From Fibrobacterota bacterium (lineage in GTDB: Bacteria; Fibrobacterota; Chitinivibrionia; Chitinivibrionales; FEN-1185): DNA of 64,000 bases. The stretch lies in assembly GCA_003165595.1 (NCBI GenBank), contig PLWQ01000025.1, positions 107,832 through 171,831 on the forward strand, written 5' to 3'. Below, in pieces: positions 9,627 through 17,771 of the stretch; positions within the stretch are counted from its first letter, which is position 1; every line of letters begins with the position of its first letter. The notes under the pieces were generated by a model. The model had not been told where the DNA came from, did no database searches, and was given only the letters and a program-made list of their open reading frames with translations. Made by a program: the position numbers and the translations under genes.

Positions 9627-9833
9627 GGCGATCTTCTCTCCGCTGCTGAGGAAGCGTTGTGCCGCAAGATGCTTCCTTGATAAGATACTTGATGTCTTTG
9701 CAGGGAGGCTTGACGCGCCGCCGCGATCGGCTCTGTCTCTGGCGCCGGCGGGGCGATTTTTGTTCTGGCAATTGTTACAGATTTATTACATAATGTAATC
9801 ATGCGAGGATAAGTGGCAAAGGAGCTCTAGGGC

Positions 9834-10187
9834 ATGACGGTTGAAAAGGTCGACAAGGGAAACTTCATCTACATTACGTACACGCGCCAAGGATTCAAGG
9901 ACGTGGAGCTTTTCAAGGCGACTTTGTCCGGCCTGGGCATCGATAAGGAAGGCACCAAAGACATCATTATCGATTTTCGAGCAACGAAGTACCTGACATC
10001 GCCGGAGCTCGGCGCGCTGGTGCGCCTGGCAAACCAGATTAAAGGCTCCCCGCGCATCGTGCGGGCCATTCCCGGCGACGACCTTTACAAGCAATTCTCT
10101 TCTGTTAATCTCACCATGATCCCGGGACTCACGATCTACAAGAACCGGCAGGATTTTGCCGACCAGTTGAAGGGAACGGTTTCCTGA
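9834..10187 (+). CDS. STAS domain protein (anti-sigma-factor-antagonist-like)
   Basis: AAAGGAG lies 9 nt upstream of ATG 9834. 'IIIDFRATKYLTSPELGALVRLANQIKGSPRIVRAIPGDDLYKQF' fits the STAS fold pattern. Confidence 0.65.
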   Translation: MTVEKVDKGNFIYITYTRQGFKDVELFKATLSGLGIDKEGTKDIIIDFRATKYLTSPELGALVRLANQIKGSPRIVRAIPGDDLYKQFSSVNLTMIPGLTIYKNRQDFADQLKGTVS

Positions 10188-10202
10188 ACCGGGGACGCGC
10201 GC

Positions 10203-10586
10203 ATGTCACTAAAACTTCCGTCGGGCATCATCTTTAGAAAAAACGACCCTGTGCGAGTGGCGTTCGGCGGGTCCGGTTTCGACGGCGTGGTTGCCTACGC
10301 CGGCGAGGGTTTCATGTCGCCGTTTGAAGACATGTTCTACCTGTTGGCCGCACCGCACCATGGCCTGGCCGATCTTTTCAGCGAAGATAACGAGATACGC
10401 GGAGCCTTTGTTCTGGTTGCCATACATTCCTCTGCCGTTCCCTGCTCCCGCTTGCCTGCGCAGGCAGTCTTGCAGTCAAGCAAGAACAACGATCCGTCCG
10501 TTGTTGCACGCGCGCTGGCCATTGTCGGCGGCCCGGAAGGAAAAGACGAGTATCTGATTTATCTGGACGTTTCCATGAAGAAATAG
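10203..10586 (+). CDS. hypothetical protein
   Basis: 127-aa ORF starting 15 nt after the STAS gene on the same strand. No recognisable motif. Confidence 0.45.
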   Translation: MSLKLPSGIIFRKNDPVRVAFGGSGFDGVVAYAGEGFMSPFEDMFYLLAAPHHGLADLFSEDNEIRGAFVLVAIHSSAVPCSRLPAQAVLQSSKNNDPSVVARALAIVGGPEGKDEYLIYLDVSMKK

Positions 10587-10789
10587 GTGGTTGCAATGTT
10601 TGCGCCGAAGGAATGAAAGGCAACACCATTTAAGAATTTAAGAGCCACGCCGCAAGAACGCCGCATTTATGCGGCGAAGAGCAGACAACAGAACTTCATT
10701 GTGCTCACATAGTTATTATCAAGCACGCTCCGCTACGGAATAATTGACCGATCCGCCCCGACACGACCGTGCAATTCGCCGCAATTGAA

Positions 10790-10815
10790 AAACCCCGCCC
10801 CAAGTGGCGGGGTTT
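10790..10815 (-). terminator. rho-independent terminator downstream of the MBL-fold gene
   Basis: 10-bp stem AAACCCCGCC / GGCGGGGTTT with a 6-nt loop. On the minus strand the hairpin runs into a T-tract (…GGCGGGGTTTTTCAA). Confidence 0.65.
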
Positions 10816-10918
10816 GCGCGGGCTGAGGCATTGAAAGACCCCGCAGCAGCTCCGGGGACCGCGATTACAACCGGATGTACACCCCAGTGAGCAGCCTGCA
10901 ATGCGCTCGCGGTGGGAT

Positions 10919-11590
10919 TCAAAAGGTAAATTGAGCCATGGGAAACGGTTTCCCGTGTCCGGGAAATACATTTATGATGCGCATCGCACGGATCTTCTGA
11001 AGACTTTCGGCAAGTGCGGCTTCATTTTCAACGACGTCGGCAACCGTCGGTTTCTTACGGTTGTTGATGGTGTCGCCGGAGAAAAAATCACCGTCGGCGG
11101 TCAGAATACCAATAGAACCCATTGTATGACCGGGAACATGGACGACTGTAGCGTCGAATCCGTATTGACTGAGGTTTTGGCCGTCGGACAGAACAAGGTC
11201 CGGTTCAAACGCTTCAAGCGGAAACTTCTTCATTATCGGTTTCATTATCAGCACAAACATAAGCGGCCAGAGAATTCTTGACAGCAGGGACGCTTTTCTT
11301 TTGCGATTGGAATTCGTTGTGCCGGTTCTGCATAGTTCCGCGTCGTCTTCATGAACCGCGATTTTTAATCCGTATTTTTTCTGAAGATAGGCGCAGTTGC
11401 CGATATGATCGAGATCGGCGTGCGTGATGATGGCCAGTTTGATGTCCGACGGTGCAACGCCTTCCCGGGCAAGCGCCTGTTCCAGTTTCGACCGGCCCAT
11501 CGCAAAGCCGGTGTCGATGAGGAACCACCCGTTTCCGGTTTTTGCCAGATACGCATTTACCATTCCGCGTGCAAGATGTTTGATTTCCAT
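10919..11590 (-). CDS. MBL-fold metallo-hydrolase
   Basis: Metal-binding motif 'ITHADLDHIGN' (HxHxDH-type), 'HVPGHTMGS', and a C-terminal 'FPGHG'. Confidence 0.85.
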   Translation of the reverse strand: MEIKHLARGMVNAYLAKTGNGWFLIDTGFAMGRSKLEQALAREGVAPSDIKLAIITHADLDHIGNCAYLQKKYGLKIAVHEDDAELCRTGTTNSNRKRKASLLSRILWPLMFVLIMKPIMKKFPLEAFEPDLVLSDGQNLSQYGFDATVVHVPGHTMGSIGILTADGDFFSGDTINNRKKPTVADVVENEAALAESLQKIRAMRIINVFPGHGKPFPMAQFTF

Positions 11591-11635
11591 TTACGATTCC
11601 TCTTTCCGGAAATTGTGCCGCCAACCGGATACTGT

Positions 11636-12727
11636 TCAGGTTAAATCAATGGTACTCGACGGTTGCGCCGATTGTTTTCTGGTGATGTGCAGAATTGCTT
11701 TTGTCAAATAGGGCCCTGTGAACAAGATGACTAATGCCCGGAAAATCTGGACGGCAAAGATCAACGATACATCGGCTCCGCATCCAAATGCTATGATGGA
11801 AATTGTATCCCCACCTCCCGGACTTGTTGCCAGGTAGCCGGATAGTGGCGAGGCATCAATGAGTCTCGAAAGAACCAAACCAACAAGAGCACAGAAACCT
11901 ATAAGAACCAAGACGTTGGTTATCAATAACGGCAGAAGCCGTCCAGCTTGATTTAGTGATTTTCGGTCGAAGAGAAGACCTACATAAAAACCCATAATGA
12001 TATAGACAAGTGGTGGAACCCATAGGGGCCAGACCGGATGGAATGGATGAAAGATCGAAATCAAAAGTCCAAGGAGCATTGGCCCAAGAAGCGTTGCCGC
12101 GGGTAGCCGAATTAACCGCCCTATCCAAACACCGGCTACTGCCACGAGCGGCATCAGAGCATAGTCATACCAGCCGTGAATTGCAACTGAAGACACCCTA
12201 GGAACATGCTGCCCAACCGTTGATACATGATATGTCAAAAACTTGGCGACAAGAGATGAGATGAGGACTACCAATATCATTCTTAGATATTGCATAAGAC
12301 CAACTATCCTTGTGTCTGCTTTGGTTCCAATGCTCAGCGCTATCATGGCACTCGCCCCGCCAGGCAGGCTACCCATTGCTGCGGTTTCCCGGTTGAGCGA
12401 ACTTATGCGCGGTAAAACCATTGCGGCCACTAAACAGAATGCAATGGTAAAGGATATAACTCCGATAATTGCTGGAAGGTGGAGAAGCAAAAGGGGGAAG
12501 ATATCCGGACGAACATTGATACCAAGCATGGTTCCGATTACAGCCTGGGCACCCATGAGAACTGGTTTATTGACTTGTGGATGAGCCGGCCGAATAAGTC
12601 CCGTAATTACTGCAATGATCATGGCGGCAACGAACCATGATCCGGGGATTGCAAGCCTCTGAGCGCCAAACCCGAGACCCACTGCCAAAGCTCCAACGAT
12701 CACCCACCACAGAATTTTCGATTTCAT
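11636..12727 (-). CDS. AbrB-family (AbrB-duplication / putative ammonia-monooxygenase-like) membrane protein
   Basis: About 10 TM segments with a duplicated signature, 'GSLPGGASAMIALS' and 'LATSPGGGDTISIIA'. Start trimmed to MKSKILWWVIVG (ATG at 12727). Confidence 0.75.
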   Translation of the reverse strand: MKSKILWWVIVGALAVGLGFGAQRLAIPGSWFVAAMIIAVITGLIRPAHPQVNKPVLMGAQAVIGTMLGINVRPDIFPLLLLHLPAIIGVISFTIAFCLVAAMVLPRISSLNRETAAMGSLPGGASAMIALSIGTKADTRIVGLMQYLRMILVVLISSLVAKFLTYHVSTVGQHVPRVSSVAIHGWYDYALMPLVAVAGVWIGRLIRLPAATLLGPMLLGLLISIFHPFHPVWPLWVPPLVYIIMGFYVGLLFDRKSLNQAGRLLPLLITNVLVLIGFCALVGLVLSRLIDASPLSGYLATSPGGGDTISIIAFGCGADVSLIFAVQIFRALVILFTGPYLTKAILHITRKQSAQPSSTIDLT

Positions 12728-12768
12728 GTGTGCGCCTGTTCGGTCAAGCCGTCGAAAAGAGTAAACAA

Positions 12769-12906
12769 CCACGGCCATAGGCCGTGGCCTTATTACACCC
12801 CTGAAAGGGGTGGAAAAAGAAAGGCCGCGCCATCGCGGCGACGTTTAGCATTGCCCCACGGCCCAAGGCCGTGGTCCCCTGCCGGAAACTCCCGAAGGGG
12901 TTTCCG
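12769..12906. repeat. array of five short GC-rich hairpins (REP/BIME-like)
   Basis: H1 12769-12787 CCACGGCC-ATA-GGCCGTGG. H2 12796-12812 CACCCC-TGAAA-GGGGTG. H3 12824-12839 GCCGCG-CCAT-CGCGGC. H4 12856-12874 CCACGGCC-CAA-GGCCGTGG. H5 12883-12906 CGGAAAC(T)CCC-GAA-GGGGTTTCCG. Confidence 0.7.
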
Positions 12907-13054
12907 CTAATCTTCTACGCGGACCATGAATGGCAATTACATCACTAACAGCCGATGTTCGGTTTTCCCTTTGCCGCGATACATCGAGACCTCGGAGCAT
13001 CTCCATTAACCGGCTAGCTAAGTAAGTTGCAGCGCAGGGATCTTGTGTAAATTG

Positions 13055-16000
13055 CTATTTGAGAAACGAGCTGCCGGCGATGCGCATGGCATCCAGAATC
13101 GCCCTGCCGAGACGGTTATACCCGGTCTGGTTGGGATGAAGATAATCGGAAAAATAGACGGAATCCCACGTTGAGTCCGGCAGTTTCGCCAGACTGTCGA
13201 ATGCGTCAACGAGCCACACGCCGCCCTCGCCTCGGCCCAGCCATGTTTGGCGCCGCGCCGTGACCGCCGTATCGAGCATGTGGTTGAAAGCGGGCAGGTT
13301 GGCCTTGAACATTGAATCGGCGCGCACGTTGAAGTCTCCCATGGTGTCGGGCGGGAAAGGTAAAGAGTTCAGGACGTAAATCTCGCCGTGCGGATTTCTC
13401 GCGTGCATCTCGTCGAGGGTTGCCGGGGCATAGTTGTTCAACCCGTAGGGCCAGTAGTACAGCGGGAACTGATATCCTTCGTTGACGCCGCACATATAAA
13501 CCCATATATCCGCGTATGTTGACGAATGGTTCTCCAATGAGTCGTAGATCTGGGCGCTGGTCTTTCCGTTAACTGCGATGCATGAATCGTCGCTGGACGG
13601 AAGGAGCGCGGTTGTGAAAACGGGGCCCTCGCATTTTATCCTCTCGCCAGGCCCGGCCACGGCGCGCAGCGTGTCCACGACCATCCTGCGGAAGCCTCCG
13701 AGTCCCGCGGTGCCGCCGAACCCGGTGACGATGGAATGCCCCACGAAACAGATTCTTCTCTGGAGCATGATGCGCAAGACAGATCCGGCCGCGGCCGTGT
13801 CGTTATGCGTGTCGATAGCCAGGAACCTCCAGTAGTACACGCCGGTGTCCGGCACAGATAATGTGTATGCGGTGTTTGGTCCCTGGTAGACTTGCGCAAG
13901 CGCTGCGGGCGATGTGCCCAGCCACAGCGAAAAGCTGAACGTGTCCGCGACGCCGTCGAGCCTGCTGGCCCCGAGCGATAGCGGAAAGGAATACGGTTTT
14001 GCGTTCAGGGAATTCATGAGAACCGTGTCCATGGGACGCAGCCCCTGGGCGTTCAGATAGCATGGCTTGGCCAGGAACGTAACCGCAAACGTGTCCGCGG
14101 AGACAAGCCCGTCGTTGTCGCGGACGGCCACCACCACACTCTTTCGCGTGTGGATGCTGCTTGTCAACCTAATCGTATCGTGCGCCGAACTGTCGGTCCA
14201 GGCGCCCGTTCCCGCGGCGTTCCACAGGTATTGGACGATTGTCCCGTTTGTGTCGCTTGCCGCAACCGCAAGCGTCAGCGTATCACCCCAGGAAACGGCG
14301 GTGTCGCGGATGGGCCGGACAACGGGCATGCCCAGGCGCACCAGAACAAAGAACGAATCCGGCCGCGATTGGAGCGTGTCGTTGTCGACGGCCTTCACCC
14401 GTACGGTGTGGCGTCCGGTGTCCTGTTTGCTCCACGCCATGCGCACGGACCCCGAGGCGGTCGTATCGGAGTATTGTCCCTTGTCGAAAGACCACAGGTA
14501 CCGGACGACTTCTCCGTTGGTGTCCGAACCCGCGGCATGCAGGGTGACCGAGTCGTTGATGAAGACCGCCGTATCGCTCATGGCCTTGACAAGCGGCGCG
14601 CCCAGCCGCACCAGAACAAAGAACGAATCCGGCCGCGACTGAAGCGTGTCGTCGTCGACGGCCTTCACCCGTACGGTGTGGCGGCCGGTGTCTTGTTTGC
14701 TCCACGCCATGCGCACGGACCCCGGGGCAGTCGTATCGGAGTATTGTCCCTTGTCGAAAGACCACAGGTACCGGACGACGGTTCCGTTGGTGTCGGAGCC
14801 CGCGGCATGCAGGGTGGCCGAGTCGTTGATGAAGACCGCTGTATCGCTCATCGCCTTGACAAGCGGCGTACCCAGCCGCACCAGCACCACGGTGGACTCG
14901 GCGAGAGACACCATGGTGTCGGTGTCCATGGCCTTTACGCGCACCACGTGCCTGCCGGTATCGGCCCTGGAGAAACGCAAGCTCTTGCGGCCGGTTACGG
15001 TTGTGTCCGAGAAAGCCTGGTTGTCCAGCGCCCACATGAACATCGTTGCCGGACTGACGCCGCCGCCCGGCGCCGCCTGCGCAACGAGAGAAAACGTGTC
15101 GTTGATAAAAACGCTTGTGTCGTGCGCCGGGGTCACCACCGGCAGCGGCTTGAGGTGCAGGGTCACGTGCATCGAGTCGGGGCCGGATGCCAGGGTGTCG
15201 TCGTCGATGGCCTTGACATACACAACGATGTTCTTGCCTGTGTCGGCCCTGCCCCAGACGTGGACGATGCTGTCGCCGAGTGTGGTATCGGAGAAATTCG
15301 CCCCGCCGATTGCCCAGACGTATTTCACGACGCGGCCGTTTGTGTCCAGCCCCCGCGCGCGCAGGAGCACAGGATCGTTGACAACTACGACGGTGTCGTG
15401 CGTGATGGATACCGTGGGCGGGTACAGGTGCACGTACACATGCGTGGAATCGACATTCGACGCCAGTCCGTGACTGTCGAGTGCCTTAACAAAAACGACT
15501 CTTTTGCCCGCCTGGGCCCTGGAGAAACTCACGGGAAGGGAAGCGCCGGATGTCGTATCGGAAAAGACCGTTCCGTTCCTGGCCCACAGCCAGCGAACCG
15601 GGGTGGGAAACGTGTCGAGGCGCGTTGCGTGAAGATCCGTGGTGTCGTTGATGGCCGCTGTGGTATCGCGCTGTGCCGCGATGCGGGGATTGTCGACAAC
15701 CACGCGCACCAAAATTGAGTCCGGCGCGGACAAGATGCTGTCGTTGTCCATGGCCGTAACGAGAATCCGATGGGTAAGCGCCTCGGGAGCAAAGCGCCAG
15801 GCCAGAGTCCCTGTTGCGGTTGTGATCGGCGCAGCGCCGGTGTCCACCTTCCAGAAATAGGCTATCACAGTGCCGTTTGAGTCTGCTCCCTGCGCCAGGA
15901 ACTTCACCGTGTCGCCCGGAAAGACGGCGGTATCTCTTGAAACAACGTGAACCGTTGGCGGATTGAGACGAACCGTGATCAAAACGGATTCCGGTTGGGA

Positions 16001-16360
16001 CACGGTGTTCTGCGCGCCGAACGCCTTGACAATAACGATATGGCGGCCGGTGTCCGGTATGCCGAAAATCAACCTGCACAGGCTGTCTGCGGCGGCAGGG
16101 GCCGGGACTTTGCTGCCGTCCAGCGTCCAGCCGAAGGACGCGGCTCTGCCGCCCGCGGCCTCGGTACGGGCGACCAGGACAAGGGAATCCTTGACCGAAA
16201 CCGTGGTATCGGCAATAATTGACAGTACGGGGTCGTGAGGCCGTTTGTCAACCGGGTTGGAGCACCTAAGCGCGAGCACAACGGCGCCGGCAAGAAAAAT
16301 GGCCGGGACGAGGCGAATCGGAAAGGTACTTCTTTTGGTGCAACGATCGTACATCTTCAT
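13055..16360 (-). CDS. large secreted protein: about 8 tandem PKD/Ig-like repeats plus a C-terminal SGNH/GDSL hydrolase domain
   Basis: N-terminal hydrophobic signal. About 90-aa repeats with 'D.NG.VV.Y.W...G..FSDTT....(F)SR.D.G+..V.VKA.D.D'. C-terminal 'ICFVGHSIVTGFGG' (block I) and 'DYLHPNQTGYNRLG' (block V, DxxH). Confidence 0.85.
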   Translation of the reverse strand: MKMYDRCTKRSTFPIRLVPAIFLAGAVVLALRCSNPVDKRPHDPVLSIIADTTVSVKDSLVLVARTEAAGGRAASFGWTLDGSKVPAPAAADSLCRLIFGIPDTGRHIVIVKAFGAQNTVSQPESVLITVRLNPPTVHVVSRDTAVFPGDTVKFLAQGADSNGTVIAYFWKVDTGAAPITTATGTLAWRFAPEALTHRILVTAMDNDSILSAPDSILVRVVVDNPRIAAQRDTTAAINDTTDLHATRLDTFPTPVRWLWARNGTVFSDTTSGASLPVSFSRAQAGKRVVFVKALDSHGLASNVDSTHVYVHLYPPTVSITHDTVVVVNDPVLLRARGLDTNGRVVKYVWAIGGANFSDTTLGDSIVHVWGRADTGKNIVVYVKAIDDDTLASGPDSMHVTLHLKPLPVVTPAHDTSVFINDTFSLVAQAAPGGGVSPATMFMWALDNQAFSDTTVTGRKSLRFSRADTGRHVVRVKAMDTDTMVSLAESTVVLVRLGTPLVKAMSDTAVFINDSATLHAAGSDTNGTVVRYLWSFDKGQYSDTTAPGSVRMAWSKQDTGRHTVRVKAVDDDTLQSRPDSFFVLVRLGAPLVKAMSDTAVFINDSVTLHAAGSDTNGEVVRYLWSFDKGQYSDTTASGSVRMAWSKQDTGRHTVRVKAVDNDTLQSRPDSFFVLVRLGMPVVRPIRDTAVSWGDTLTLAVAASDTNGTIVQYLWNAAGTGAWTDSSAHDTIRLTSSIHTRKSVVVAVRDNDGLVSADTFAVTFLAKPCYLNAQGLRPMDTVLMNSLNAKPYSFPLSLGASRLDGVADTFSFSLWLGTSPAALAQVYQGPNTAYTLSVPDTGVYYWRFLAIDTHNDTAAAGSVLRIMLQRRICFVGHSIVTGFGGTAGLGGFRRMVVDTLRAVAGPGERIKCEGPVFTTALLPSSDDSCIAVNGKTSAQIYDSLENHSSTYADIWVYMCGVNEGYQFPLYYWPYGLNNYAPATLDEMHARNPHGEIYVLNSLPFPPDTMGDFNVRADSMFKANLPAFNHMLDTAVTARRQTWLGRGEGGVWLVDAFDSLAKLPDSTWDSVYFSDYLHPNQTGYNRLGRAILDAMRIAGSSFLK
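14341..14880. repeat. two nearly identical 270-bp tandem copies inside the PKD-repeat gene
   Basis: 14341-14610 and 14611-14880 align base-for-base with about 17 substitutions by my manual comparison. They encode two 90-aa repeats, 'LVKAMSDTAVFINDS.TLHAAGSDTNG.VVRYLWSFDKGQYSDTTA.GSVRMAWSKQDTGRHTVRVKAVD.DTLQSRPDSFFVLVRLG'. Confidence 0.9.
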
Positions 16361-16550
16361 ACCGTGGTGAAAAATACGTTAAGATTACGGCGGTTGACGG
16401 TCTTTTTGGGTCGGGAAATCGCCGCCTTCGAGCGCGGGATTTTGCAGCAAATTTCACGGCGTTGCGTTGCCGTTGCGCGGCGTGCGTAAGGTATCGTATA
16501 TTGTGTCAAGCTCGTTACCGGCATTTACACCGCTTATTCCGGAGTTGCAC

Positions 16551-17051
16551 ATGAGAATCCTCTGCCTTTCTGTTTTTTCCGTCGTTTTCTTTGCCGTTTT
16601 CCCGGCAAGCGCCGGCGACACCGCATCGGCGGCAACCGTATTCTTTGTCCACGATTTCACGCAGAAACAATCGGCGTTCTATGTGACTGCCGTGGCGGAG
16701 CGGATCAGGAAGTCCGGCCGCGGTTTCAAGGAGGTGTCGGCCCAAGGCGCGGCGAGCCTCGATGCATCACCGTACCAGGTTGTGGTGCTGTACGGCATGG
16801 TGATGGCTTTCAACTTCAAGTCCGAAGTGCGGCATTGGCTCAAGTCGGTTGAAAGTCTCAAGAACAAGCGGGTGTTTGTCCTTGTCACGGCAAACAGGTG
16901 GTTCAAGGGCCATCTGCTTAGGGACCTGGTCGCTCTCTCCGGCGAACGCGGAGCCACCGTGGTGGACGCTGTTTCCATGGCCACAAACAAGATGAGCGAC
17001 GCGGAAAAACTTGCGAAAATAGATTCATGCCTTGCCAAACTTGGGCGGTAG
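16551..17051 (+). CDS. hypothetical secreted protein
   Basis: ATG 16551 with GGAG 7 nt upstream. Signal peptide MRILCLSVFSVVFFAVFPASAGD. The mature part alternates beta and alpha elements ('VVVLYGMVMAFNF', 'RVFVLVTANRW'), which is weakly flavodoxin-like. That resemblance is not firm. Confidence 0.55.
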   Translation: MRILCLSVFSVVFFAVFPASAGDTASAATVFFVHDFTQKQSAFYVTAVAERIRKSGRGFKEVSAQGAASLDASPYQVVVLYGMVMAFNFKSEVRHWLKSVESLKNKRVFVLVTANRWFKGHLLRDLVALSGERGATVVDAVSMATNKMSDAEKLAKIDSCLAKLGR

Positions 17052-17087
17052 GGATATTTTGAACGCCAACCGAAACGGAATTTACCT

Positions 17088-17744
17088 ATGCACATTCTTG
17101 TCGTTGACATCGGCGGCTCGCATGTGAAAGTGCGGGCAACAGGCCATCTGAAACGTGTAAAGATAGTGTCCGGCCCTGCAATGACTGCCGCACGGATGGT
17201 TGCGGCTGTACAACGAGCCGTTGCGGGCTGGGAATACGACGCCGTGACAATTGGATTTCCGGGGCCGGTCCATCGCGGACAAATTCAGCGTGATCCGCAT
17301 AATCTGGGACGGGGCTGGAAGGGTTATGATTTCAGAAAAGCATTTGGCAGGCCCGTCAAGATCATTAATGACGCGGCCATGCAGGCCTTGGGGAGCTATC
17401 AGGGAAAACGAATGCTGTTTCTTGGTTTGGGCACCGGTCTTGGTTCGGCTATGATTATTGACGGTATGCTCGCGCCCATGGAAATTGGTCACCTGCCGTA
17501 TAGAAAGGGCCGCACCTACGAACAGTATATCGGGGAGGCCGGACTCTTGCGGCTTGGAAAAAGGAAATGGCGCCGCTCCGTAAACGACATTGTCGCCAGG
17601 TTCATGGCCGCGCTAGAAGCGGACTATGTGATCCTGGGCGGCGGCAACGCCAGGCTGATCAAGGAGCTGCCGCCAGGCGCCCGCCTTGGCAATAATGCGC
17701 ACGCATTCCGGGGCGGATACAGGTTGTGGAAGAACGCGAAGTAA
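17088..17744 (+). CDS. ROK-family sugar kinase (short polyphosphate/ATP-glucokinase-like form)
   Basis: 'MHILVVDIGGSHVKV' (ASKHA phosphate-1), 'INDAAMQALG', 'LGLGTGLGSAMIIDG', and a C-terminal 'ILGGGNARL'. Confidence 0.75.
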   Translation: MHILVVDIGGSHVKVRATGHLKRVKIVSGPAMTAARMVAAVQRAVAGWEYDAVTIGFPGPVHRGQIQRDPHNLGRGWKGYDFRKAFGRPVKIINDAAMQALGSYQGKRMLFLGLGTGLGSAMIIDGMLAPMEIGHLPYRKGRTYEQYIGEAGLLRLGKRKWRRSVNDIVARFMAALEADYVILGGGNARLIKELPPGARLGNNAHAFRGGYRLWKNAK

Positions 17745-17771
17745 AAGGTGCCCCTCCAGGTTCCTACGGTA

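Noticed and set aside
12769-12906. Considered whether the hairpin arrays (12.8, 29.9 and 42.9 kb) are degenerate CRISPR arrays
   Set aside because: They lack a constant-length direct repeat alternating with unique spacers. The units are different palindromes 13-24 nt long, and there are no cas genes.
12728-12910. 60-aa plus-strand ORF across the 12.8-kb hairpin array
   Set aside because: The reasoning is the same as for the 29.8-30.1 kb spacer: it overlaps the start of the AbrB-family gene and consists of translated palindromes (HGHRPWP, HGPRPWS).
14341-14880. Considered whether the near-identical repeats are a DGR template/variable-region pair
   Set aside because: The substitutions between copies are of all types and are not adenine-specific. 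The copies are directly adjacent inside one ORF. No reverse transcriptase or accessory gene is present in the window.
14150-15718. 522-aa plus-strand ORF, plus several shorter ones between 14067 and 16238
   Set aside because: It is antisense to the PKD-repeat SGNH gene. Its repeats merely mirror the sense-strand repeats, its composition is Arg/Gly/His-rich, and it has no motifs.
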